Source: a virus. From it: a DNA stretch of 64,000 bases. Made by a program: the position numbers and the translations under genes. Location: positions 3,211-67,210 of the IMG/VR virus record IMGVR_UViG_3300042332_000715. One strand, 5' to 3'. The first letter of the stretch is position 1; every line of letters starts with the position of its first letter. The notes beneath the pieces were generated by a model, which was not told where the DNA came from, made no database searches, and saw only the letters and a program-made list of their open reading frames with translations. Shown here piece by piece: positions 27,899 to 37,042 of the stretch.

Positions 27899-29119
27899 AT
27901 GTTCACATTCTTTGTCCAGCAAGATAAAAAGCCGTTGGCTTTAGTACCTGACTGCCGCTCCTGCGGACTGGCTCTCAAATGCCAGAACCCAGTTCTAAAA
28001 GCCGTCAAACGACCGTCTAAGACGGTCATCGTCGTAAATGGACCTAACGAAGATCTTCCCGATGGGGTAAAACACCAGAAGCGGCTCGCAGCCGCTTTAG
28101 AGAAGGCTGGGCTGTCGATACACGACTACAGTATCGTACCAGCAATCGCTTGCCCAGGCGATAAGCTGAACCCGAAAGTCCAGTATTGGAAGTATTGCCA
28201 ACCCCTAATGATCCAACAAATCAAGGCTTTAGAGCCTGAAAAGATCATAGTGTACGGCAAGCACGCTATCGCTAGCGTGATCGACTGGCTCTACCGCGAA
28301 CACGCGGAACTGCCAGATCGTTGGATCGGGCGTAAGATTCCCTGCCGGGAACTGAACGCATGGATCTTACCGATAGGGAATAAGGGTATGGTGGTCAATC
28401 CTGCGGTAGCTCAGACTTGGCTCTATCGCTTTATTAGAGAAGCTGATAGTATCCAAGGTCGTCCATATGACCAAGTGCCGGACTACAATAAGACAATCAA
28501 GATCCTACACGACGCTGAAAGCGTCAAACAGGCATTAGGGGCGGCTAGCCGCTCACCGTTGTCTGCGTTTGACTACGAAACGAATTGCCTACGGCCCGAG
28601 AAGCCAAAAGCGAAGATCTTCACAGCTAGCGTAGCTTGGCTCGAAGGAACCGAATCGAAGTGCGTAGCCTTCCCGATGAAAGCGGAGTTCATCCAGTATT
28701 GGATTGAATACTTACTTTCTGATTCGGCGAAAATCGCCGCCAACATGAAGTTCGAGCATCGCTGGTCTAAGAAGCATTTCGGTGTAGACGTGAAACGTCT
28801 TATGTGGGATACGAATCTAGTCGGGCATATGTACGACCCGCAGCCCGGCGTAACTAGCCTGAAATTTCAGGCTTTCCGTGATTTGGGCGTGCCGTTTTAC
28901 GCAGGTGAGGTAGAAAAATACTTCACTACGCAAGACGAAGCGGGCTATAATTCTATTCACTTGGCTAACACGCGGTCGCTGCTGGAATACAACGCGATTG
29001 ACTCATTGGCTGAGCTGGACCTGGGGATCTTGCAAATGTATCAATCCCCGATTGGTAGCGAGTTTTGGAGTTCGGCATTGCCGAACAAACGGTTTTATAC
29101 GAAAGGTATGTGGTTATGA
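27899..29119 (+). CDS. uracil-DNA-glycosylase-like domain fused to a DEDDy 3'-5' exonuclease (detached N-terminal part of the DNA polymerase)
   Basis: CRSCGL..C and ACP..C in the N-terminal half; AFDYET, ANMKFE, WDT, SLK, YNAID in the C-terminal half. Confidence 0.8.
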   Translation: MFTFFVQQDKKPLALVPDCRSCGLALKCQNPVLKAVKRPSKTVIVVNGPNEDLPDGVKHQKRLAAALEKAGLSIHDYSIVPAIACPGDKLNPKVQYWKYCQPLMIQQIKALEPEKIIVYGKHAIASVIDWLYREHAELPDRWIGRKIPCRELNAWILPIGNKGMVVNPAVAQTWLYRFIREADSIQGRPYDQVPDYNKTIKILHDAESVKQALGAASRSPLSAFDYETNCLRPEKPKAKIFTASVAWLEGTESKCVAFPMKAEFIQYWIEYLLSDSAKIAANMKFEHRWSKKHFGVDVKRLMWDTNLVGHMYDPQPGVTSLKFQAFRDLGVPFYAGEVEKYFTTQDEAGYNSIHLANTRSLLEYNAIDSLAELDLGILQMYQSPIGSEFWSSALPNKRFYTKGMWL

Positions 29120-30258
29120 TCCAAGAAATTCGCTACCAAAACGTACAACCGCACCGGCAACGAAGGCTAGCCTTCGAACCCGGCCTGAACGTAATCGTCG
29201 GTGAAACCGACAAGGGTAAGTCCTCGTTAATTCGAGGACTTCGCTGGCTCGCCTTACATGAGTCCGCTAGCGGACTGATTACCCACGGCGAAACCGTGAT
29301 GAAGGTAGGCGTGAAAACGCCTAATGGTACGATCATCCGTTTTAAGGATTCCAAGGAATCGGGCTATAAGCTAGGCGAGGAATACTTCAAGGCCTGTAAG
29401 ACGGATCAGCCCAAGGAAGTCCAAGACCGTTTGTCGCTAACCGAGATCAACTTTCAGTCGCAATTCGACTCTATGTTCCTCCTGGCAGCGACAGGCGGTC
29501 AACGTGCTAAGGAAATCAATAAGCTGGTTGCCTTAGAGGACATCGATCTAGCAACTACGTGGCTCAAATCCAAATCCGCTAAATTAGCTACGCTAATGCA
29601 GGCGGCAGAGGATAAGATTAGTAAATGTAATGCTGATCTAGGGGCATACGTCGATCTCGACGAACGCCTAAAGATCTATGCTTCGCTACGCGAAGTCTTT
29701 GATAGGATTAGCGAAAATAATACTAGAGCGAGAGCATTAACGCAGTTTATCTGCGAGCTAGAAACTATCGATGGCTTTCTTCGCACAAACTTAGCCGCTA
29801 CGATGCGGCTGGAAAAGCTGATTGCCGCTCTAGAGCGGCTAGAGGCCACCAAAGCCGCTAAAGCGGCTCTAGAATCGCTTGTCAGCGATCAGAAGGCCGT
29901 AGAGTCGCTTCCGCGTCTAGACGCGGCTATCAAAGCGTTAGACGGCTTAATTGCGGTACGCGAAAGACAGTCCAAACTGCAAGTTCTGTTTGGCGAGCAT
30001 AGCGTAAACGAAACCCATATTTTCGTATTAAATGGAAAAATTCCTGTTCTAGTGGAGGGTGGATTGGCTATAGTAGAAGCAACAAAGAAAAAGCGTGAAA
30101 CGCTTAAAAACATTCTAGGCTCGATACGAGCGGTTCGTGACGAGTTCGATCTAGCCGCTACAGCGGCTAAGGAAACTGAAGCTCGGCTAGCCGAGCTAGA
30201 AAAGCCTACACGCTGTCAAGCGTGCGGGAAATGCGTAATGTACTGCGAAACTTGTTGA
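29116..30258 (+). CDS. SbcC/Rad50-like ATPase, N-terminal half
   Basis: GLNVIVGETDKGKSS Walker A, Q-loop FQSQFD, coiled coil, terminal CQAC zinc hook. Confidence 0.85.
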   Translation: MIQEIRYQNVQPHRQRRLAFEPGLNVIVGETDKGKSSLIRGLRWLALHESASGLITHGETVMKVGVKTPNGTIIRFKDSKESGYKLGEEYFKACKTDQPKEVQDRLSLTEINFQSQFDSMFLLAATGGQRAKEINKLVALEDIDLATTWLKSKSAKLATLMQAAEDKISKCNADLGAYVDLDERLKIYASLREVFDRISENNTRARALTQFICELETIDGFLRTNLAATMRLEKLIAALERLEATKAAKAALESLVSDQKAVESLPRLDAAIKALDGLIAVRERQSKLQVLFGEHSVNETHIFVLNGKIPVLVEGGLAIVEATKKKRETLKNILGSIRAVRDEFDLAATAAKETEARLAELEKPTRCQACGKCVMYCETC

Positions 30259-30269
30259 TCTAGATCGAT

Positions 30270-30344
30270 GCTTCCGTGGTGTAATCAAGCCAACACAGCT
30301 TCGGCTAGCCGAAGAAATTACGGGTTGGACTCCCGTAGGCGGCA
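30270..30344 (+). pseudogene. degenerate tRNA-like element within a longer stem and T-tract
   Basis: D-stem GTGT/ACAC, T-arm ACGGG-TTGGACT-CCCGT, imperfect acceptor stem, no CCA, 6-nt anticodon loop. Confidence 0.5.
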
Positions 30345-30371
30345 TCGATCTTTTTATTTGAAAGGGAAATA

Positions 30372-30641
30372 ATGAAAGCATTCGACATTCAGTTGGAAGA
30401 ATCCGACTACTACAAGCATTGGCGATTCAAGGTGCATGGATTTTGGTCGAGATCGACCGTATCCGTATATCAATTCCGCAAGATGGACGAAAACGAAGTA
30501 TGGGTAGAGCCTACTTTGAACTGGTCTTGCGGTGGCAGGGACTACGAGGAAGAACCTTCTGATTCCCAAGCAGCAAGAAATTTCGCGTCAGCAATGCTAA
30601 AAGCCGCTCAAATACTGGATGAAATCAAGGAAGCAAAGTGA
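30372..30641 (+). CDS. hypothetical protein
   Basis: SD AAAGGG; GTGA overlap with the next gene. Confidence 0.65.
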   Translation: MKAFDIQLEESDYYKHWRFKVHGFWSRSTVSVYQFRKMDENEVWVEPTLNWSCGGRDYEEEPSDSQAARNFASAMLKAAQILDEIKEAK

Positions 30642-31531
30642 ATAAACCAATCCTAATTACCACCAGCGATTGGCATTTGCGTAGCACCGTTCCGGTGAGT
30701 CGCTTGGCCAAATGCTGGTATGCAGTCATGGAACTACGCATCGAGCAACTACGGCAGCAGTATCCAGACGTGCCTATCGCAATCGCAGGCGATTTATTTG
30801 ATCGTCCCGATCCGCCTTCCAGTCTAGTATCATGGGCTATTTCCATCTTACAGGGAATGGAGATCTACGCGATTCCAGGGCAGCACGATCTACCGTATCA
30901 CCGCTATCAAGCCCGCGACGAGGGTGCTTACGGCGCACTCATAAAGGCCGGAACGATAAAGGACTTGCCTGCTTATCAGTGGACTGTCGTTGGGAATATG
31001 GCTGCTGCGGTCGCTATGTATTCGATGCCTTGGGAGCATTATGCTCCGCCGAAAGAGAGTGCCCTAGAAGGGCCATTTAGATTGGCTTTGATGCACAAGT
31101 ACCTCTGGACGGATGCGAGCAATGCATACGTTGGTGCCGACCAAGATACCCACGTCGTAGGCATGACCGAGCACCTGAAACAATTTGACCTAATCGCCGT
31201 AGGCGATAATCATATTCCGTGGAAAGTTCCCAAGATCGTGAATCACGGTAGCCTATTCTCGATGACTTCCGCCCAGGTGGGGCATGTGCCCCTCATTGGC
31301 GTAGTATACGAGGATGGAACCTACAAGGTGGAACCTTTCCCTGAAATCGACGTACAATGGCAACCAACTGCGATTTCGCAGAAAGTTGATTCTGTGTTGG
31401 AAAGCCTTTCGACGATGACCGTCGTTACGGCTGGATTCCGTGAAACTATTTCTACTTGGGTGGAGCAGTCCAATGGACAAGAACGAGTCCTCTACGAAGA
31501 TCTCCTCGATCATCTCGCATCCAAAGATTAA
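30638..31531 (+). CDS. SbcD/Mre11-like nuclease
   Basis: SDWH, AGDLFD, PGQHD, GDNH, NHGS. Confidence 0.88.
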   Translation: MNKPILITTSDWHLRSTVPVSRLAKCWYAVMELRIEQLRQQYPDVPIAIAGDLFDRPDPPSSLVSWAISILQGMEIYAIPGQHDLPYHRYQARDEGAYGALIKAGTIKDLPAYQWTVVGNMAAAVAMYSMPWEHYAPPKESALEGPFRLALMHKYLWTDASNAYVGADQDTHVVGMTEHLKQFDLIAVGDNHIPWKVPKIVNHGSLFSMTSAQVGHVPLIGVVYEDGTYKVEPFPEIDVQWQPTAISQKVDSVLESLSTMTVVTAGFRETISTWVEQSNGQERVLYEDLLDHLASKD

Positions 31532-31618
31532 GTGCCGCAAATGCGGCGAGATTCTGGTAACTTCGCGTAGCGAAGAAACAGTCGAGGAGGTAGACTGCCC
31601 CTTCGACAGAAAAGGTAA

Positions 31619-31879
31619 ATGCGAACTACGAAAGGAAAAGTGCAATTGTCCCTCGATAAACTAAAGGCTGAGCTAGCTCAGCATAATGCCAAGCGTAACC
31701 AATTGATCGGCAAGCGTGACACGCTTCTAGATCGACTAAAGAGCGAGTTCGGGTTAAAGTCATTCGCCGAAGCCGAAGCCGAAATCGAGCGTCTAGACGC
31801 TCAGGCAACGGCTGAAATGGCCGAATACGAAAAGCTCAAAAAGGAATATGAGAATGTTAGCACAGGAATGGCTAAATAA
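31619..31879 (+). CDS. short coiled-coil protein
   Basis: heptad-rich; lies between sbcD and the C-terminal sbcC half. Confidence 0.65.
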   Translation: MRTTKGKVQLSLDKLKAELAQHNAKRNQLIGKRDTLLDRLKSEFGLKSFAEAEAEIERLDAQATAEMAEYEKLKKEYENVSTGMAK

Positions 31880-32438
31880 AGTAGCCGACGATCTCGCCGA
31901 AAGACGGCGTAATCGAGATGCTATTCTAGGCTTACGTGACGCGGCTAGCCGCGAATTGCTGGAGCTATGTGCTACTGAAAATTCGCTGAAAGCGGTAGAT
32001 GAACGAGTCAAGGCGTTAGCCTTGCTATGTCAGCAGAACTGCAAAGCAAGTATCGAGGAACTTGTGACTCGATGCTTGGCAGCAGTATTCCCCGAGAACC
32101 GATACCGCTTTAACCTAGTGTTCGAGCGGAAACGGGATCAGACCGAAGCCCGTATCGTCCTCACGGACGGTGACGGGAACGAGTACGATCCTTTGCGGAA
32201 TAACGGTGGAGGAGTAGCAGATATAATAGCGTTCGCTCTTAGATTAGCTACGCTAATGTTGAGAGTTCCGCAGCCTGCTAAGGTGCTCGTCTTAGACGAG
32301 CCATTCAGGTGCGTTAGTGCCGATCATAGACAACGAATTGCCGATCTCCTAGTCTCGCTAACAAGCGAGTTAGGGTTTCAGATCATTATGGTTACTCATA
32401 TGCGCGAGCTAGCTCGCGGGAATGTTATTGAGCTATAG
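31848..32438 (+). CDS. SbcC/Rad50-like ATPase, C-terminal half
   Basis: signature-like NGGG, AFALR, Walker B VLVLDEPF, MVTH. Confidence 0.85.
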   Translation: MRMLAQEWLNKVADDLAERRRNRDAILGLRDAASRELLELCATENSLKAVDERVKALALLCQQNCKASIEELVTRCLAAVFPENRYRFNLVFERKRDQTEARIVLTDGDGNEYDPLRNNGGGVADIIAFALRLATLMLRVPQPAKVLVLDEPFRCVSADHRQRIADLLVSLTSELGFQIIMVTHMRELARGNVIEL

Positions 32439-32759
32439 ATGCCACCAATCAGACGACATAGGGATTCGCTGCCGGAAGCGGAACGCTTCATACCAGCTAG
32501 TCCCGAGGAAGCCTTGCTTGTATTCGGTAATCTCGGGACACCCGAGTTTCCGAACTACCAAGTATCGACGGACACGCTACCGGGTTCATTTGAGCGGTTA
32601 GAAGTTTATCGGCTAAGGGCGGAACGCCGGGAGCCGATCTTCAATCCGCACGATAGGAACGATTTTACAGGGGTTGGAATGGCACCTAAGACATTCAAAG
32701 ACCCCATCAAACAAATTCTTCACAACATGGAACAGAGAGAAAAATGTCGAAATCACTAA
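32439..32759 (+). CDS. hypothetical protein
   Basis: T..LPGS.ER.EVY..R......FNP.D motif, recalled from small planctomycete proteins (not verified). Confidence 0.65.
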   Translation: MPPIRRHRDSLPEAERFIPASPEEALLVFGNLGTPEFPNYQVSTDTLPGSFERLEVYRLRAERREPIFNPHDRNDFTGVGMAPKTFKDPIKQILHNMEQREKCRNH

Positions 32760-33508
32760 CACCTTTCGTTTGCGTTTGTGCCATTTGGAACCATCGCCAA
32801 GAATGGACTGAGAACTTGATTCAGTTGTTCTTAGATCAGGATTACGAAGGCCATAAATCATTGTTTCTACTGGACGATAGACCAGGGAGATTTGAATCAC
32901 AAACGCTCGTTAGCGAGCTAGGTACTTTCGTAGGCGTAGAATCGTTCGACGAGCGATTTCCTTGCCTGCCGTGCAAGTACGATAAGATTCTGTATTGGGC
33001 GACAATAGCCGGTATTAGAATGCGTAAAGATCCATACGTTGCAGTTTTAGATGACGACGATCTCTATCTACCCCATTACCTCTCTGACCACGCAGCGGTC
33101 CTTGAGGAACATCCTTGGAGTTATCCCGCCGAAATCTTCAGCAGTTATGGCGGTAGATTCAATGTGGAGCCAACCGGGGGCCGGTTCTGGACTTCCTCCG
33201 CCTATCGCCTATCATCGCTGGAAGCGATTGGAGGCTACGGCGATTCGAAGAACATGGCATACGACCAGGGCTTCCTAGATCGAATGGAAAGGAAATTCGG
33301 TAAAGCAGGGACGCCTAAGCGTCCGAACTTTGTGTATAACTGGGATGTGACTTTCGATTCGCACGTATCCGCTGAAGGCGGAAAGACCGAAAGTGCTTGG
33401 TACGATAATTGTCAACCTTCGGTCCCTACGGGACCATTGGTTCCAAAGTACAACGACATTACCATCGAACTACTCAAGAAAGCAAAGGAACATCCACTGT
33501 GCGTATAG
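32744..33508 (+). CDS. GT-A fold (GT2-like) glycosyltransferase
   Basis: FLDQDY, LLDD, VAVLDDDDLYLP, IGGY, D. Confidence 0.8.
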   Translation: MSKSLTPFVCVCAIWNHRQEWTENLIQLFLDQDYEGHKSLFLLDDRPGRFESQTLVSELGTFVGVESFDERFPCLPCKYDKILYWATIAGIRMRKDPYVAVLDDDDLYLPHYLSDHAAVLEEHPWSYPAEIFSSYGGRFNVEPTGGRFWTSSAYRLSSLEAIGGYGDSKNMAYDQGFLDRMERKFGKAGTPKRPNFVYNWDVTFDSHVSAEGGKTESAWYDNCQPSVPTGPLVPKYNDITIELLKKAKEHPLCV

Positions 33509-34026
33509 ACATCTACGGCCCTAGCCATTGCAACTACTTCGTTGCTAAAGCAGCGGCCAAATCGATTGATAATGCCATTTCGTTATTCTTCGGCCAGCCG
33601 AAGGAAATACGGTTACACAATCGATGGACAGAAAAGAATACGTTTAACGATGCGATTAAATCGCATTACCAGCATCGAGCCAGCGTGCAGGCTATTACGC
33701 TTGAGGAATCAGATGCGGAAGTATTCTGGTTTGTTCACGAAGATCGCGTACCTACGCTGCCCTTCACGCCTAAGCGTGCTATCAGCATGGTTAAGGATAA
33801 GGTAGTTAGATCTTGGGGTATTTCTGCCGTAAAATTCTGCGAAGTCTACGGATGGCAAGTAGGCGACGTGCTAGAATGTATGGACGAGCCGATAGTGCTC
33901 AAGATCGAAACGATTGACCAATCAACAGGCACCGTCTACGGTGGACGTTGCAATGAATTCCAGCAGGACTTCGGGGCAGTCCAAGAGATCTTCCCTAATT
34001 TCCGATTTAGAAAGGTAGAGCTATGA
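33499..34026 (+). CDS. hypothetical protein
   Basis: likely GTG start at 33499 (VRIDIYGP). Confidence 0.6.
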   Translation: MRIDIYGPSHCNYFVAKAAAKSIDNAISLFFGQPKEIRLHNRWTEKNTFNDAIKSHYQHRASVQAITLEESDAEVFWFVHEDRVPTLPFTPKRAISMVKDKVVRSWGISAVKFCEVYGWQVGDVLECMDEPIVLKIETIDQSTGTVYGGRCNEFQQDFGAVQEIFPNFRFRKVEL

Positions 34027-34286
34027 GCACAACCGAAGATATTCGCAAATGGTTTGACGATGGAGCAGAGAGCGGCTATGACTTCATGCTCATCGTATGT
34101 CAAGTTAACGGAGACAATCCGTTTCCTATCTACACTTACGTCGCAAATCACGCGCAGCGTATTGCGGAGTATGAGCAGATACAGCATAAAGTGCTCGAAT
34201 CATACGATCTCTCGGTCGATATCGACCTTCAGATTAGAATGAAACGAGCGTATTTTGGCATGAATACACCGAATCCGAACGTGTAA
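34023..34286 (+). CDS. hypothetical protein
   Basis: ATGA overlap with the previous gene. Confidence 0.65.
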   Translation: MSTTEDIRKWFDDGAESGYDFMLIVCQVNGDNPFPIYTYVANHAQRIAEYEQIQHKVLESYDLSVDIDLQIRMKRAYFGMNTPNPNV

Positions 34287-34295
34287 AGGGAAACT

Positions 34296-34649
34296 ATGTT
34301 ACAAGTAGAAAAAACCAAGACATTTTACGCAGCTCACAGCGTAAAATGTTTCGGACCAGAGCACAAGTGCGCTAGAAAGCACGGCCACAGCTATACCGTA
34401 ACGGTATGGGCAACTACATACCAAGAAAATCCATTGGAATTTTCGACGCTTGAGCAATCTGTGGATTCTCTAATATCGCAATGGGATCACAATGATCTGA
34501 ATGAGGTCTACCCGAAATTCGACCCTACGGTAGAATTCCTGTGTGTTCGGCTAGCCGAACATTTACTGGATAGCGGAATACCTGTAACTAAACTTCGCAT
34601 ACAAGAAACTCAATCCTCTGCGGTGGTATGGAATGCGTTTTCTGTTTGA
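34296..34649 (+). CDS. queD: 6-carboxytetrahydropterin synthase
   Basis: FYAAH, CARKHGHSY, WDH..LN, PTVE, ET. Confidence 0.92.
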   Translation: MLQVEKTKTFYAAHSVKCFGPEHKCARKHGHSYTVTVWATTYQENPLEFSTLEQSVDSLISQWDHNDLNEVYPKFDPTVEFLCVRLAEHLLDSGIPVTKLRIQETQSSAVVWNAFSV

Positions 34650-35235
34650 TGTTTCCAAGGCCAAAGAGCAGTCGTTGATTCCTATACTCACCGCAGGGCA
34701 GTTAATAACGCCTTTGACTAGGTACAGGAAATGGATGGACGTGTACGCCATTGATAACGGCTGTTACGGAGGACTGCGAGAAAAGGATTTTCTTTCTTTA
34801 TTGAGACGGGAAGATACAAATAAAGCATCGTGCTTATACGTTACTTGCCCTGATGTAGTCGGAGATGTAAAGGCGACTCTAGCCTCTTTTGCTGTATGGA
34901 ATCCACGCATACTTGATCTAGGGTTCAAGACCGCCTATGTAGCACAAGATGGAGCTACCATAGCAAATACGCCTTGGGATGAATTTACCGCTTTATTTCT
35001 AGGTGGTAAAGATCCTTGGAAAGACAGTCTAGAGGCTAAGGCATTAGTTAGGGAATCCGTAGTGAGGGGTAAACATACGCACATAGGGCGTGTAAACGCC
35101 CTTGATCGATTCATCCGATATTCTGAACTGGGTGCCCATACGTGCGATGGAAGCGGCGTGAGTCGCTATCCTAACGCAAAGCTACCCCAATTCCTACCTT
35201 ACCAAATCAAGCGATATGAACAACCAAATACCTGA
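34633..35235 (+). CDS. compact TGT-like DNA transglycosylase (DpdA-like)
   Basis: IDNG, PDVVGD, VAQDG, LFLGG, HIGRVN, CDGS; embedded among que genes. Confidence 0.65.
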   Translation: MRFLFDVSKAKEQSLIPILTAGQLITPLTRYRKWMDVYAIDNGCYGGLREKDFLSLLRREDTNKASCLYVTCPDVVGDVKATLASFAVWNPRILDLGFKTAYVAQDGATIANTPWDEFTALFLGGKDPWKDSLEAKALVRESVVRGKHTHIGRVNALDRFIRYSELGAHTCDGSGVSRYPNAKLPQFLPYQIKRYEQPNT

Positions 35236-35890
35236 AAACTATTCTAACCTAAAGAACGTTCTGGACGTTCACAGCATTTTCTACACCATCCAAGGCGAAG
35301 GTCCGTATGCCGGACATCCCGCCATATTTATCCGGCTAGCCGGATGTAATTTACAATGTCCTAACTGCGATACTGACTACACATCCAAACGGATAGCCTA
35401 CTCGGTATCCGAGTTAGCTACAATAGTAGATGGTTTAGGGGAATTGCATAACTGCCTTCTAGTAGTCATCACGGGAGGGGAGCCATTACGCCAAGCCGCA
35501 ACAATAGACTTAATCGAGCAGTTTATTATTTGGGGTATGGTAGTGCAAATAGAAACTAACGGCATGTACCCAATAGCGGACTTACCAGAAGAAACTACTA
35601 TCGTATGTAGTCCAAAGACGAGCCGCATACATGAATCATTACTAAACAATCCTGCGGTACACTTTAAGTACGTTGTCCGCGAGTTTGAAGTAGATGGAAA
35701 CGGATTGCCTTCGTTAGTCTTAGGCAAAAAAGTAGCTATGCAAAAACCTAAAGGCATGATCTGGCTGCAAGCTGAGGACGAGAAAGACGAAGAAAAAAAT
35801 CGCAAAAACCTGCGATACGTCGCAGATCTGTGTGTAAGATATGGGTACAGATTTTCTGTTCAGTTACATAAACTAGGAGGATTGGAATGA
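35216..35890 (+). CDS. queE: 7-carboxy-7-deazaguanine synthase (radical SAM)
   Basis: FYTIQGEG, FIRLAGCNLQCPNCDT, ITGGEP, IETNG, SPK, QLHK. Confidence 0.95.
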   Translation: MNNQIPENYSNLKNVLDVHSIFYTIQGEGPYAGHPAIFIRLAGCNLQCPNCDTDYTSKRIAYSVSELATIVDGLGELHNCLLVVITGGEPLRQAATIDLIEQFIIWGMVVQIETNGMYPIADLPEETTIVCSPKTSRIHESLLNNPAVHFKYVVREFEVDGNGLPSLVLGKKVAMQKPKGMIWLQAEDEKDEEKNRKNLRYVADLCVRYGYRFSVQLHKLGGLE

Positions 35891-36513
35891 AAACGGTATT
35901 AGCTTTATCAGGCGGTATGGATTCAGTTACACTACTTTACGACTTACTTTCGCAAGGTCATCAGGTGTTTCCGGTATTTTTCGATTACGGCCAAAAGCAC
36001 AGGGATGGCGAGCGATATTTCGCTAGATACCATGCCGATAAGAGCGGACTGGTACTACAGCACGTAGAAGCTAAGTATTTCTACGATATAGATTCTGCTC
36101 TGACTAGCTCTGTTGTTGAAGTACCTGAAGGTCACTACGAATCGCCCGCCATGTCGAAAAACGTCGTACCTGGACGTAACTTACTTTTCGGTACTTTAAT
36201 GGCGATTCACGCTTGTCGTGTAGGAGCTTCGGGCATAGCAATAGCGGCCCATGCAGGTGATTACGCGGTGTACGCTGATTGCCGTGGAGCATTCCTAACT
36301 ACGCTTAAATGTGCCATCCGCATTTCGACAGATGATAAGGTCAACCGGATCGAATCACCATACTTGGAAGTACGGAAGCAGGAAATCGTAAAACGCGGAT
36401 TGGAGTTAGGTATTGACTACTCTACGACTTGGAGCTGTTATGTAGGCGGTAGGACGCCTTGTGGTAAGTGCGGAGCTTGCGTAGAACGCATGGAGATTCT
36501 GGGGAATGTGTAA
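35887..36513 (+). CDS. queC: 7-cyano-7-deazaguanine synthase
   Basis: SGGMDS, YGQKH, VPGRN, YADCR, TWSCY, CGKCGAC. Confidence 0.95.
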   Translation: MKTVLALSGGMDSVTLLYDLLSQGHQVFPVFFDYGQKHRDGERYFARYHADKSGLVLQHVEAKYFYDIDSALTSSVVEVPEGHYESPAMSKNVVPGRNLLFGTLMAIHACRVGASGIAIAAHAGDYAVYADCRGAFLTTLKCAIRISTDDKVNRIESPYLEVRKQEIVKRGLELGIDYSTTWSCYVGGRTPCGKCGACVERMEILGNV

Positions 36514-37042
36514 CTACGAGGACGCCTTAAAAGCTAGAGGCGAATGGCGAGAAGGGACTTATGAAAGTCCTGCTAGGGCTAAAAAAGCCTTAGCCGAAAT
36601 GACAGCAGGATACGATACAGACGTGTCGGATTTGTTTACTCTGTTTGATAGTCCCAATAATATGCCGGTAATCTGCGCGAACATTGAATTTAGCTCGCTA
36701 TGCGAGCATCATTTACTGCCGTTCTTAGGTAGTATATCCGTTGCCTATACGCCAAACGGTAAGGTAGTAGGGCTATCTAAGATAGGGCGTGTGGTCGAAG
36801 CCCTCAGTAAGAGATTTCAAATTCAAGAACGACTAGGACAGGAGATAGCTGATGCTATAAACTGCAATGTCGGAGCCTCGGGATGTACCGTATTGATCGA
36901 TGCGATACATACTTGCATGTGCTGTAGAGGGGTAAGTAAAAGAGCCGTAACTAGGACAATCGCAAATGTAGGCGATGCCTACGATCTGCGATTGTCCCTA
37001 TTGCTGTCAACGCACAGACTAGCTACACTTACCGTTAGCTAG
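36506..37042 (+). CDS. folE: GTP cyclohydrolase I
   Basis: SLCEHHLLPF, GLSK, QIQERL, HTCM.CRG. Confidence 0.95.
   Translation: MCNYEDALKARGEWREGTYESPARAKKALAEMTAGYDTDVSDLFTLFDSPNNMPVICANIEFSSLCEHHLLPFLGSISVAYTPNGKVVGLSKIGRVVEALSKRFQIQERLGQEIADAINCNVGASGCTVLIDAIHTCMCCRGVSKRAVTRTIANVGDAYDLRLSLLLSTHRLATLTVS

Noticed and set aside
34296-37042. Queuosine tRNA-modification auxiliary pathway
   Set aside because: No queF, queA or queG is present, and the phage context with a DpdA-like gene better fits DNA modification; not fully excluded.
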